Shown here: positions 17,370 through 27,039 of the stretch, piece after piece | How the letters are laid out: every line of letters starts with the position of its first letter | Numbering within the stretch: position 1 is the first letter of the stretch | Source: Candidatus Hydrogenedentota bacterium | GTDB taxonomy: Bacteria; Hydrogenedentota; Hydrogenedentia; Hydrogenedentales; JAEUWI01 | Length of the DNA: 47,079 nt | Reading direction: 5' to 3' | Assembly: GCA_034669905.1 (NCBI GenBank) | Contig: JAXMOL010000057.1 | Span: 1-47,079 of the forward strand | Notes under the pieces: generated by a model | Told to the model about the DNA's origin: nothing | What the model saw: the letters and a program-made list of their open reading frames with translations, nothing else | Databases searched by the model: none | Translations under genes and position numbers: made by a program

Positions 17370-18622
17370 ACCCATTTTCTATCCTTCGCAAAAAGCATGA
17401 CCCCGCCAACGATGGCACTTGCGCGCTGCTCCTCCTCTTTGGCACCCCCATCGTCCTCTGCCTCGGGGGCCATCTGCTGGATGGCATGGACAACCCCGTG
17501 GTCCTTACAACCCTGTGGGTCGTCTACATGGTGCATGGGGTGGCCGGGCTGCTCTTTGGCTTGAAGGCACCCAGTCCCCTGGCCAGGCACGGGGCGCCGA
17601 CTAGCACCAGGCGGCGGGTCCTCATGGTGACTCTTATCGTGGCGGGCCTCTTGTCCCTCGTTGAATTGTTTCTGCCCGTGACCGCCCTTTCTCGGTCAAC
17701 CGCCTACGCCGAGCGAGGCCCGTCGTGCCGGAACAATTTGCGAAGCTGGGGGCTCGTCCACAAGATGTACGCCAGCGAGAGCGAAGGCAGTATGTTCCCG
17801 CCCCTGAGCCCCAATCCGGGGCAGCTGACACCTGCGTTTGACGAAGTCTATCCCAGGTATTTGACCGGTCTCAGCGTTGTCCAGTGCCCGGATATCTCCC
17901 CATCCCTTCGGAGAATCTCCTACGGCTCCGATTTTTTTGGAATCGCGGCGGACCAGAGTTATTTCTACCTGGGATACCTCATCGACGGCCCCGAGACCCT
18001 TCGCGCCTTTCATGATGCGTACCAGAAAACAGTCGCCGAAGGGGGCCAACTCTTGTCCGACATGGTTGTCACTGCGGGTCAGGGCACCTGGGGCAGCGAC
18101 CGGATCCCCCGGCTTAGCGACGATGTCAACGTCTTCCGACACCATCCCGACTTCGACTCCGTGAATCCGACCCAACCGGCCCAACGGCAAAGCGAAATTC
18201 CCATCATGATCGAGCGGCCGAACATTCATAAGTCCTATCTCCGAGGGGGAGGCAACGTTCTCTTTATGGATGGCCACGTGGAATTCCGTCGCTACCCGGG
18301 CGCGTGGCCTATGACCGAAGAGGTCATGGAACTGCTCCACGCCATGGACGCGCTGGGCCCCCACATTCCCCACGGCACCTCCCACGGCGATAGAAATCTG
18401 GTAGGGGCCGCTTTGCCTTTTGTCGTCGTCCTGATGGGCGTCGGCCTGTTTAGCCTCTGGCGCTTCGGCCCCTATCCCGCCATAGCCGTACCCCTGGCCT
18501 ACGTACTCGTCGGGATTGGCATCTACGTCCTGGTGACCATACTCCCTGTCGCCACCCCCGATGGGGTGGTCACCTATCACGTCGTTGGTTTCGAGAATCC
18601 AACCCACGGAGGCCATCGATGA
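17366..18622 (+). CDS. Membrane protein with inserted DUF1559/H-X9-DG-like domain, paralogue 2
   Basis: Start placed at ATG 17366 (ATGA overlap). SCRNNLRSWGLVHKMYASE...FPPLS, SYFYLGY, GGNVLFMDGHVEF. Confidence 0.82.
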   Translation: MNPFSILRKKHDPANDGTCALLLLFGTPIVLCLGGHLLDGMDNPVVLTTLWVVYMVHGVAGLLFGLKAPSPLARHGAPTSTRRRVLMVTLIVAGLLSLVELFLPVTALSRSTAYAERGPSCRNNLRSWGLVHKMYASESEGSMFPPLSPNPGQLTPAFDEVYPRYLTGLSVVQCPDISPSLRRISYGSDFFGIAADQSYFYLGYLIDGPETLRAFHDAYQKTVAEGGQLLSDMVVTAGQGTWGSDRIPRLSDDVNVFRHHPDFDSVNPTQPAQRQSEIPIMIERPNIHKSYLRGGGNVLFMDGHVEFRRYPGAWPMTEEVMELLHAMDALGPHIPHGTSHGDRNLVGAALPFVVVLMGVGLFSLWRFGPYPAIAVPLAYVLVGIGIYVLVTILPVATPDGVVTYHVVGFENPTHGGHR

Positions 18623-19809
18623 GCCCTACGGTAAAATGGATGAACGAGACAAGCCCCCGCAATCCCCATTGCTGTCTCCTCGTCGGTATGCTTGGCTGCA
18701 CCCTGGCGACGCAGGGGCTTGGGCATTTCGGATACGACGAGGTGGCGGACACCGTATGGCCCATCCTTTTCTTCGCCCACACGATGGCGGCACTGCTGTT
18801 CTTGTTGGACGGCGATGACCCATCCGTCCCGAAAAGACTTCCGGGAAGGTGGGCCGCCATCCTGGGCACGCTGGCGGCGACCTTTGTGTGTGTCCATATT
18901 CTCTCGCCGGATATCTTCGCCTTCAAGGGCCACTACCCCTCGCAGCACTGCGCCGACAATTTGAAACATTTGGGCCTCGTCTATCGGATGTATGGTGATG
19001 ACCGCGATGACGGGCGCTTTCCCCCGCTCAGCGCGGAAGCGGGACACCTGATGCCGGCGACCGAAGACCTTTTTCCCCAGTATCTCACCGACCTCACCGT
19101 CATGGCGTGCGACGGGCGCCCCAGGAACGGCGAGGAAGATACTGCGCTCGCCGAAGCGCTCCGAGATCGGAGCTATTTCTATCTCGGATACGCTATCGAC
19201 CGTCCTGAGGCCCTTCGGGCCTTCCAGAAGGCCTACGTGGAAATCGTGGCGGCCGGTGGCGACTTTACCGCGGATATTTCCGTACCCGAAGGACAGGGAA
19301 CGAACGGTGGAGACCGCTTGCTGCGCTTACGGAAGCTCCCGGAAATGGGGCTCTCGAGGGAGGATGCACGCCGAATCCCCGTCCTCATCGAGCGTGTCGG
19401 CAATCACAATCGCGGTGGCCTCGATGACATCTTCGGCTGCAATGTGTATTACCTGGATGGCCATGTCGCACTCAGGACCTACCCGAGGGAGTGGCCCGCA
19501 ACACCCGAAGCGATGCAGGCGCTCCACGCGCTTGACCAGCTGGGTCCCCATATCCCACCCACCATTCCTGCCAACGTGCCCGTCCTCCCACTGGTCGCCC
19601 TGCTGGGGTTTGTCCTCTTTCTCGTCGTAGGCCGCTCCCCTTCCCTATGGGTCGTGATGACGGTGGTCTACCTGATTGTTGGTGTCGGATTCTTTGGCTA
19701 TTGTGAGCCCATGCCCGGGGAAGCCACCGTCACGTTGAAGGACGGGCGGGAGATAGTGGTTCCCATCCATACGGATGGACTCGTGCAATGGCGGACGCCA
19801 CCGTGGTAG
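18619..19809 (+). CDS. Membrane protein with inserted DUF1559/H-X9-DG-like domain, paralogue 3
   Basis: ATGA overlap with the previous gene. CADNLKHLGLVYRMY...FPPLS, SYFYLGY, NVYYLDGHV. Confidence 0.8.
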   Translation: MSPTVKWMNETSPRNPHCCLLVGMLGCTLATQGLGHFGYDEVADTVWPILFFAHTMAALLFLLDGDDPSVPKRLPGRWAAILGTLAATFVCVHILSPDIFAFKGHYPSQHCADNLKHLGLVYRMYGDDRDDGRFPPLSAEAGHLMPATEDLFPQYLTDLTVMACDGRPRNGEEDTALAEALRDRSYFYLGYAIDRPEALRAFQKAYVEIVAAGGDFTADISVPEGQGTNGGDRLLRLRKLPEMGLSREDARRIPVLIERVGNHNRGGLDDIFGCNVYYLDGHVALRTYPREWPATPEAMQALHALDQLGPHIPPTIPANVPVLPLVALLGFVLFLVVGRSPSLWVVMTVVYLIVGVGFFGYCEPMPGEATVTLKDGREIVVPIHTDGLVQWRTPPW

Positions 19810-19860
19810 CCCTCGTGGATGGCGGACCGCAGAGACAACATGGAGAAGAGGTGTATTACG

Positions 19861-20757
19861 ATGAACGACAATACGGAAGCCAACGACTCACTCGAAAACT
19901 TTCGCATCGTGGATGAAGACACCGAGGCCTTTCCCTATGCGGACCGCTGCGAGATTCTCGGCCTCGGCAGCACGATTGCTTTTGTCCTGGGTGCTTTCGT
20001 GTTGTTTCCCATCGGAGATTTGGCAACCACCCTGGGCTGGATCGGCCTCTTTCTGTACCACGCGTCTTTGACTTCCTACTACAGAAACAAGGTGCGGGAC
20101 GATGAGGATGCCTGGGCCGACCCCGAAAATCGTGCGAAGGTGCGCCTGGGTCGTTTCTTCTGCTTGCCCGTCGCCCTCTTTGCGATGCTCTTCCTGGCGG
20201 GCAATCTCTTCTTGTTGTTACCCCAACTCGAAGTCATCAGGGTCCAACTGGCCTCGGGGTCCCTACCCGCCGCACTTCGGAGGGAGTTCATCTGGAGCGC
20301 CTTCATTTTCCTGCTCCTTGCGGGCGGGCTGTGGGCCGTCTGGCGATGCTACCGCCATCCGGTGATTCGTGTGGTGGCCTTCTACGGCTTTCTGGTGCTG
20401 GTCCTGATTTACGCCGTGCCCAGAACGCCCCTCTCCCAGCGTGTCACAAGCACCGATGGCAAGATTGAATTTCGCATTCCAGAAGGCTGGCCCGTGGCCT
20501 ATCCCACCTCCGACAGCATTACCACGAGCAACGCGACCACCGGCTCCCGATTCAGCGCATCCTGGCAACCGAAGGATGACAAATACAAGACCCTGGCGCA
20601 CATCGTCCGTCCGGCCCTCCGTTCCAATTGTGACGGGAACTGTCCGGAGACGACACCCAAGCTGGTGCAGATGACGCCGTCCATTGATGGCCGCCCCACG
20701 GCGCGGGTGCAATCGAGCGAAATGCAGCGGATGGCAATCTGGGGTGGGGTTCAATAG
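19861..20757 (+). CDS. Membrane protein sharing the TM scaffold of the three upstream genes but lacking the insert; frame continues past TAG to 20889 (possibly a nonsense-truncated gene)
   Basis: GAGG RBS before ATG 19861. WIGLFLYH matches WIGLCLGH of paralogue 1. VTSTDGKIEFRIPEGW begins a soluble domain. Confidence 0.7.
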   Translation: MNDNTEANDSLENFRIVDEDTEAFPYADRCEILGLGSTIAFVLGAFVLFPIGDLATTLGWIGLFLYHASLTSYYRNKVRDDEDAWADPENRAKVRLGRFFCLPVALFAMLFLAGNLFLLLPQLEVIRVQLASGSLPAALRREFIWSAFIFLLLAGGLWAVWRCYRHPVIRVVAFYGFLVLVLIYAVPRTPLSQRVTSTDGKIEFRIPEGWPVAYPTSDSITTSNATTGSRFSASWQPKDDKYKTLAHIVRPALRSNCDGNCPETTPKLVQMTPSIDGRPTARVQSSEMQRMAIWGGVQ

Positions 20758-20897
20758 GAATATGAACGAACCTTCGTGGAGTATCCCGATGGGTTTGTCA
20801 TCATGTCCATCACGGAGACGAACAGTCCCCCGGGGGCCCTTGGTGTGATGCACCGTATCGCCCGGAGCCTGCGGGTAGACGGCGCGTAGCCGGACCC

Positions 20898-20925
20898 ACA
20901 GGGGGATAGGCATTCTTGCCTGTCA
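20898..20925. repeat. REP-like palindrome (GATAGGCA-TTCT-TGCCTGTC family)
   Basis: One mismatch to the copy at 7758-7785. Confidence 0.75.
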
Positions 20926-21162
20926 TGAGGCGGGTTATGGATTGAGCAACGGCCATGTCGGTGTGACACGTACGAACGGCTCCCATTCAGCGTGAACCAA
21001 GACAGCGTTGAACGGGCCGCGCGATCACGCTTCGGAAGCGACGCAGGCGCGCCGAAGCGGGTTCGTGCGCTGGGGGGCCCGCCCCAACACCGCCAGCCAC
21101 CTGTGGAGAGAGCAGGTCAGGCAGCTGGCGGGCGCTTAGAGAGCGCGTCGTTGGGGGAGCAC

Positions 21163-22563
21163 TCAAACGACGGTGCGGCGTTCCCAGGGGCCGGTGATGG
21201 CGAGGGTGATGCCGTCGTGCTGAATGTTCACAAAGAGGGTGGTGCCGTCGGGGGAAAAGGTCGCCCCGGCGAATTCGGAGTTGCGGGCCGTGGCATTCCG
21301 CGCGAACTTATAGATCTTTCCCTCGGGCGTGATGCCCACGAGAAACTGTTCGCCCGAGCCGTCTTCGCAGACCACCAGGTCGCCCCAGGGGCTCACTGTG
21401 ATGTTGTCGGCGTTGTCGAGGATGCCGGCACTCGTGGATTCGATGCTGAGCTGGAGGTAGGCGGGGGAAACCCGTTCGGCGTCGGTGCCTTCCCCTTCGC
21501 TGGGGAAGTAACGCCAGATTTGGCCTTTCTTGATGGGCCCACCGTTGGTACAGGCGAAGTAAATGGAGCCATTGCCATACCACATGCCTTCGCCGCGGGC
21601 GAATCGGGCGGCACCGGCTGCAAACCCCGTAAAACGCATGTCATCTTCCGGCGAAAGGGGATCGGCCATGTCCATCCACTCCACCGCAATGTTTTCACCG
21701 GTCTTGACGGGCACGTCTTCGTCCCAGTTACGCGTGTCGGCACTGGGCCGGTCTTTGAAGCACAGGGCCTGAAGGCGGCCGCCCTGTTTCATATCACCGG
21801 GTGTGTTGGGAATGAAGCGGTAGAAGAGGCCGTCATGGCGATCTTCGGTCAGATACACACAGCCACTCCCGGGGTCGACGGCCACGGCCTCGTGGTTGAA
21901 GCGGCCCATGTCGGTAAGGGGTATGGGATCCACCAGGCCCTCAGCGCTGGCGGGCACTTCAAAGACAAAGCCGTGATCTTTCTCGGCGATGTCGTCGGTC
22001 TTCTGCACCGTCTCTTCACAGGTCAGCCACGAGTTCCACGGCGTGGGTCCACCGGCGCAGTTACGGGTGGTACCGGCGAGACTCATGAACTGACGCGTTA
22101 CTCCGCCGGTGCGGGTATCAAAGTGGACCGTTGTGGTACCGCCAAGGGCCGGAGTCTTGCCATAGCCCTGGTCGTAGAGACGTTCTGTGTTCAATTGCTC
22201 AAGGCGCTCCAACTTCCGGCCAAAGCCGCCAGAGTCGTTGGCCCCGGGGGAAAGTTCGTGATTTCGGACCAGCACCGTGATGCCGTCTTGTCCGGCGAAG
22301 GCCGCCATACCGTCGGGCGCGCCGGGCACGAGCAGGCCGTCGTCCATGCGGTCCCCCACCCAGGAAAGAACGCGGTATTCAAACCCTTCGGGCAGATCGA
22401 GGATGCGGTGGGGATCCCGCTTGAGGGGACCATAGCCTGCGGGGATCTCAGGGGCGCTGATTCCGGCGTAAGCGGTCCGTTGAAAGAGGGTTTCCAACCC
22501 ATGAAAGCCGAGTGAAACGGCGGCCGCCTGCTTGATGAAGGTACGACGTGAATGGGTGCTCAC
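21163..22563 (-). CDS. phoX: Tat-exported alkaline phosphatase PhoX (DUF839)
   Basis: SRRTFIK twin-arginine signal; PDGMAAF, LVRNHE, NCAGGPTPWNSWLTCEE, MGRFNHEA, FARGEG, DNADN, SEFAG motifs. GTG start with AAGGAG. Confidence 0.92.
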   Translation of the reverse strand: MSTHSRRTFIKQAAAVSLGFHGLETLFQRTAYAGISAPEIPAGYGPLKRDPHRILDLPEGFEYRVLSWVGDRMDDGLLVPGAPDGMAAFAGQDGITVLVRNHELSPGANDSGGFGRKLERLEQLNTERLYDQGYGKTPALGGTTTVHFDTRTGGVTRQFMSLAGTTRNCAGGPTPWNSWLTCEETVQKTDDIAEKDHGFVFEVPASAEGLVDPIPLTDMGRFNHEAVAVDPGSGCVYLTEDRHDGLFYRFIPNTPGDMKQGGRLQALCFKDRPSADTRNWDEDVPVKTGENIAVEWMDMADPLSPEDDMRFTGFAAGAARFARGEGMWYGNGSIYFACTNGGPIKKGQIWRYFPSEGEGTDAERVSPAYLQLSIESTSAGILDNADNITVSPWGDLVVCEDGSGEQFLVGITPEGKIYKFARNATARNSEFAGATFSPDGTTLFVNIQHDGITLAITGPWERRTVV

Positions 22564-22672
22564 GATATCCGACTCCTTATACGGCCCCAAATGCCGTGGT
22601 CTTATTCCAAGTAACGTAACGGGCGTAAGGATAATCCACGGGCATTTCGGAGCCATAAGGGCTCTGTTCGGT

Positions 22673-25435
22673 TTATGTGAGGGGCGCCTGGAGCGGAAAG
22701 GTCAGCAATCCGTAGTACCCCAGGGGCAGGTAGATGGCACCGTCACCCACACGGAATCGGGATGGATAGCCCGTGCTGTTCACGAGTTGCACCAGTCTCC
22801 CTTTGCCCTCATCGAATTGATAGTGGGCCACCGCACCTGCGCCGCCCAGGGCCACCAGGGCGTGGTCCCCCGTGACGCCGAGCAGGTTCCCATAGGCCGG
22901 TCCATAATCGATTCGATCCCCCAGGGTCAGCGAGCCATCGCCATTCACGGTCACCTGTTGGAAGGTGATCCCCTCCCCATAGGATTCATAATAGACCCGA
23001 CCTTCCGATGCCTGGAAATTGAAGCTGTAATCCGGCATTCTCCGGCTGGCGACAGGAATCACCGTGTCGCCACCATCCCAGGAAACCGTCTTGAGGCTGG
23101 TGATCGTCTCTCCACTCGCCGCCCACTGATGGTCGACCAGGGTCAACACGTCGTTTTGGGGGGCGTAGGCGAGGAAGGCACCGGGCACATTCACGGCGGG
23201 ACCGTCTTCCTCACCTTCCACATCGATGGACTGCACATAGTAGGCCGCCATGGGGTTGAAGATGCGCCGTCCGGCCTGTTCTTTACTACTGAGGTAAAGG
23301 GTATCCTCCACGGTATGGAGCGAAACAACCTGCGCGGCACCAAAGCCGATGGTCTGGCCCACCGTGGCGGTGCGGAGATCGACGGTGGCGATTCCCTGGT
23401 AGGCCACGCCATTCCCCACGACCCGGTCGAAATGCTCGGAAAAGCAGCGAAGGACCAATTGATTGCCCACCCGGTAAATGCTGTCTTCGACGGGGCTGTA
23501 GTAGTAGGGCTGGGAGGTCTTGGAGGCGACGCCATCTTCCGGAAAACCTTCGTCTCGGAAAATATCAAAGCCGTAGTAATAGGAGAAAAAGGGGTCCACC
23601 TCTACGGTGAGGCTCTCGGTCACCTCGGGTGCCGCGGGGTTGGCAATGTCTACCAGGGTGACCACATAGTGGGCCTGCCCCTCGTAGTCTACACTCACGA
23701 CTACCGCCGTGTTCTCGTAAATTACCGCATCCTGATAGTACCCGCCCCGAAGGGACACTTCGCCCAGGAGCGCCTGTTCGCCATCCACCGTGCGGAGGAG
23801 CAGGGCGTCGCCTTCCCGGGGCGCGATCAATTCGACTCCCAGGTCGCTGTCCACAGGAAGAAAGTCCACGAGATTCTCCGCAAGCACCACGGAGGCCACC
23901 ACCTTGGGCACATCCAGGTCCGCGGCATCGATTCGTGATACGCGCTCCGTCGTCACACCAAAGTGAAAGGCGTCATAGTCGAAGGAGCGAAGGATGGTCC
24001 CTTCCACATCCACACTCCCCCGGAGCGTGAGAGAATCGGCGGTGTAGGAAATAAACTGGAGCCGGTCAAAGCCGCCACCGTAGCCATTCCATCCCGAGAA
24101 GGGCACGATAAGCAAATCGTCCAATACGGTGAAGGCCTTTACATCGCTGTACGCGCTCGACCACGTCCAGTTTTCCCCAAAGCTGACCCGGTCCACCAGG
24201 GTGGGCGCACCATTTCCCGACACGTCAAAAATACTCACGGTGACCTGGTTGCCATTGCGATTGGTATTGTCGACGCCCAGGGCAATCAGGCGGTCCCCCT
24301 GGGTTTCGATGTGGGTCGAATAGCCCGGCACCTCCAACGCACCCAACACGACGGGGTTCGTGGGATCACTCAGGTCAAGCACGAAAAGCGGGTCTACCAC
24401 CAGGAAGGTAACGACATAGGCCCGGGCACCGTCGAAGCGCGTAGCAAAGAGGGTCTCCCCGGCGGCCCCTTCGATGGCCCGCTCGGCCAGTCGGGACAGG
24501 GCCGGGTCGCGGAGGTCAAAGGTGCTCACATAGACCTGGCGCTCCTGCTGCCAATCCGAAGACACTACCCGCAACACGCCATTCCAGGCGTCCAGCTTGA
24601 AACGATCGCCCACATAACCCCGTACCGCCATCTGGCCCCGTTCCACAATGGCGCCGTCGGCATCCGTGATATCCAGGTAGGTGATTACGGTGCGGGTCGA
24701 CCCCCAGTCGTTGGTCACCACAAAAACGGCTTCCGAATTGACGTGGATGAGATAGCCCGTGCCGGCCACATCCACCCGATCCACCGCCTCCAGTGACGCA
24801 GGGTTCGACACATCGATGCTGGTAACAATCATGCCGGGCTCGGTCGTCCGGGGCGTAAAATCGGCGTCATAGCTATAGCCATAGTCCACCGTGACCGCAT
24901 AGAAAATCGACCCGACCAGGCGGCTGTCCACCAGGTCGCCCGTCAACGCCAGCGCGCCCTGAATGCGTGCGGTGGCGGGATCCGACACATCAACGGCGTA
25001 CATGTGGGAACTCAGCGAAACGGAGAGGGAATTGCCTTCGGCCTGGACCTGCTGGCTCCCCCCCACCAGGACGTAGGCCACACCCTCCGCAAAATAGAGA
25101 TCTTTCGGGATCCCCAAGGTCGGCACCTGGACCAGGAGGGTATCCGTATCGAGGTCAACAATACTCAAACCACGAAACTGATTGAGCACGTAGAGGAGAT
25201 TGCCTTCCCGACGGATGACGTCGGGCTCCACAACGGTCCGCCCTCCCCCTCCCTCGCCCTCGCCAGCGTCATCTTCGGCAGTATTTTCCCCAAAGGCTTC
25301 GGGCCCATTGCCCCGTCCCCCGTCGTTGGAGATATCGGCACTGGTAAAGGTCCGCTGTTCGACCGTAATGAGGGGGCAACCCACCAGTCCGATGGGTATT
25401 GCAAGTGAAATCAGGAAAAGACACCAGGATCGCAT
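22673..25435 (-). CDS. Beta-propeller domain (Beta_propel) lipoprotein
   Basis: Lipobox LVGC; EPDVIR, DSRLVG, ETLFATRFDG, VTFLVVDPLFVLDLSDP and LEVPGYSTHI motifs. ATG 25435 with GGAGG. Confidence 0.85.
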   Translation of the reverse strand: MRSWCLFLISLAIPIGLVGCPLITVEQRTFTSADISNDGGRGNGPEAFGENTAEDDAGEGEGGGGRTVVEPDVIRREGNLLYVLNQFRGLSIVDLDTDTLLVQVPTLGIPKDLYFAEGVAYVLVGGSQQVQAEGNSLSVSLSSHMYAVDVSDPATARIQGALALTGDLVDSRLVGSIFYAVTVDYGYSYDADFTPRTTEPGMIVTSIDVSNPASLEAVDRVDVAGTGYLIHVNSEAVFVVTNDWGSTRTVITYLDITDADGAIVERGQMAVRGYVGDRFKLDAWNGVLRVVSSDWQQERQVYVSTFDLRDPALSRLAERAIEGAAGETLFATRFDGARAYVVTFLVVDPLFVLDLSDPTNPVVLGALEVPGYSTHIETQGDRLIALGVDNTNRNGNQVTVSIFDVSGNGAPTLVDRVSFGENWTWSSAYSDVKAFTVLDDLLIVPFSGWNGYGGGFDRLQFISYTADSLTLRGSVDVEGTILRSFDYDAFHFGVTTERVSRIDAADLDVPKVVASVVLAENLVDFLPVDSDLGVELIAPREGDALLLRTVDGEQALLGEVSLRGGYYQDAVIYENTAVVVSVDYEGQAHYVVTLVDIANPAAPEVTESLTVEVDPFFSYYYGFDIFRDEGFPEDGVASKTSQPYYYSPVEDSIYRVGNQLVLRCFSEHFDRVVGNGVAYQGIATVDLRTATVGQTIGFGAAQVVSLHTVEDTLYLSSKEQAGRRIFNPMAAYYVQSIDVEGEEDGPAVNVPGAFLAYAPQNDVLTLVDHQWAASGETITSLKTVSWDGGDTVIPVASRRMPDYSFNFQASEGRVYYESYGEGITFQQVTVNGDGSLTLGDRIDYGPAYGNLLGVTGDHALVALGGAGAVAHYQFDEGKGRLVQLVNSTGYPSRFRVGDGAIYLPLGYYGLLTFPLQAPLT

Positions 25436-25515
25436 GAAACTTGGCCTCCGAAAAGACAATTACTGCCTTGGGCAGGGATCCGCAGCGATCCCTGTATACA
25501 GAATACCATGCTTCT

Positions 25516-25703
25516 TGCCAGAATGTTACAGGCTGTCCCAGCGCCACCCGACCAATCCGGCTACCCTGCGGCGTGGAAATTTGACTTCCAATCCAGTCGA
25601 TGACAGTATGGGAGTATAGTACGCAGCGAAAGCAGTCGGCTCCGGCTGGCTTCACCCAACTTACGAAACGGGTCGGACAGGCTGGCGCATTCGGCACCGA
25701 CGG
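25516..25703 (+). ncRNA. Candidate 6S-like structured RNA
   Basis: Long imperfect closing stem 25516-25538 / 25675-25696. Contains GGGAG, CACCCAACTT...ACGGGTC and CGGCAC, which resemble 6S conserved regions as recalled from memory. Confidence 0.35.
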
Positions 25704-25786
25704 AAATCAGAGATCTCCGGGACAACCGCACGCGTCATACCCCTTTTCTTTTCCAATCCACGCAGACCGATCAGGGAACGAAACCC

Positions 25787-26443
25787 ATGTATTTAACCAC
25801 ACGCCAAATGCGGGAAGCGGACCGCCGGTGTATCGAAGATATTGGTATCCCCGGGGCCGTCCTCATGCACAATGCCGGCACGGCGGTTTTCCATGAGATC
25901 AACCAGGAGTCCATCGGCGTCATTTGCGGAAAGGGCAATAACGGCGGCGATGGCTTTGTGGTGGCCCGCCTGGCCCTTCAGGCTGGCCTGCAGGTGCGCG
26001 TGGCGCTGGTGGCGGACCCCGAAGACATTACAGGCGACGCAAAGACCTACCTCAACGCGTATCAGCGTCTGGGAGGGGAGGTGGTGCACGTAGATTCATC
26101 GGAGGTGGCCCGCCCGCTTCTGGAGAGCATGGCCGACGAAGGGCTCCTAATCGACGCCCTGCTCGGCACCGGCATTCAGGGGGAGGTGCGGGGGCTGGCG
26201 CGCGAGGTCATTGAAAACTGGCCTCCCGTACACACCATTGCCGTCGATCTGCCTTCGGGCATGAACGCGGACACGGGTGAAGCCTGCGGCGTCTGTGTGA
26301 AAGCCGCAACGACGGTTACCTTCCAATACCCCAAAACCGGTTTCAAGAACCCCGCAGCCCAAATCTATCTCGGGAGACTTGTCGTGGCCGATATTGGGAT
26401 ACCGGCCTGCTGCGCCGACTTTCGTGGAGAATCACGCGCGTGA
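25787..26443 (+). CDS. nnrE: NAD(P)H-hydrate epimerase (stand-alone YjeF N-terminal domain)
   Basis: QMREADR, LMHNAG, CGKGNNGGDG, DALLGTG and AVDLPSG motifs. Confidence 0.93.
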   Translation: MYLTTRQMREADRRCIEDIGIPGAVLMHNAGTAVFHEINQESIGVICGKGNNGGDGFVVARLALQAGLQVRVALVADPEDITGDAKTYLNAYQRLGGEVVHVDSSEVARPLLESMADEGLLIDALLGTGIQGEVRGLAREVIENWPPVHTIAVDLPSGMNADTGEACGVCVKAATTVTFQYPKTGFKNPAAQIYLGRLVVADIGIPACCADFRGESRA

Positions 26444-27039
26444 GTTTCAGTACCTTTCGGGCCTTCCTGGGCCTACCTTTGCCCGCACCCATTCGCGCGA
26501 ACCTCTCCGCGGCTCAGGCACCCTTTCGCGAGGCCGGTGTCCGGGCGAGCTGGGTGCCGGAAGAGAACTTTCACCTCACCCTCTGTTTTCTCGGTAACAT
26601 ATCCCACGATGATGTCGTCGCCCTCGACGAAGCCGTGTCGGATTCCCTGGCGGAACACGACGCCCTTCAACTCGCACTCGGTGGCATCGGTGCCTTTCCC
26701 AGCGCGCGCAGACCCGCCGTTGTCTGGAATGGCGTGGAAGTCCTGCAGGGGAATCCCGCGGGCTTATATGAGACCCTCTCCGCCGTCGTCGCCGACTTCG
26801 GTATCCCGTTAGAACGGCGGGCCTTCCAACCCCACGTGACCCTCTTTCGCATGCGGCGGGGCCATGGAACGGGAGCGGTCACCCGGTGTCTTGAGCGCGC
26901 TTCCGCGCCCGCGTCAGATGCATTCTGGGTGGACAATGTGGCATTATGGCGGAGTGAACTCAGACGCGGCGGGGCCGCGTATCACGTCTTGAAGGAGTAC
27001 CCCTTGAAATGTCTGCCCAGCACCTCGTCGTATCCCTGA
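26440..27039 (+). CDS. thpR: RNA 2',3'-cyclic phosphodiesterase (2H family)
   Basis: RAFLGL and two HxT motifs (HLTLCFLG, PHVTL); GAFPS.RRP.VVW; GTGA overlap with nnrE. Confidence 0.93.
   Translation: MSFSTFRAFLGLPLPAPIRANLSAAQAPFREAGVRASWVPEENFHLTLCFLGNISHDDVVALDEAVSDSLAEHDALQLALGGIGAFPSARRPAVVWNGVEVLQGNPAGLYETLSAVVADFGIPLERRAFQPHVTLFRMRRGHGTGAVTRCLERASAPASDAFWVDNVALWRSELRRGGAAYHVLKEYPLKCLPSTSSYP

Noticed and set aside
16095..19809. Type IV pilins or pseudopilins
   Set aside because: No G|F-x-x-x-E prepilin cleavage motif, and the proteins are polytopic.
20755..20757. Genome-wide amber recoding
   Set aside because: TAG is a normal stop in ndk, ruvX and the GntR gene, and no pyl genes are in the window.
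25787..26443. Truncated nnr pseudogene
   Set aside because: The epimerase domain is complete and coupled to thpR; stand-alone NnrE is known.
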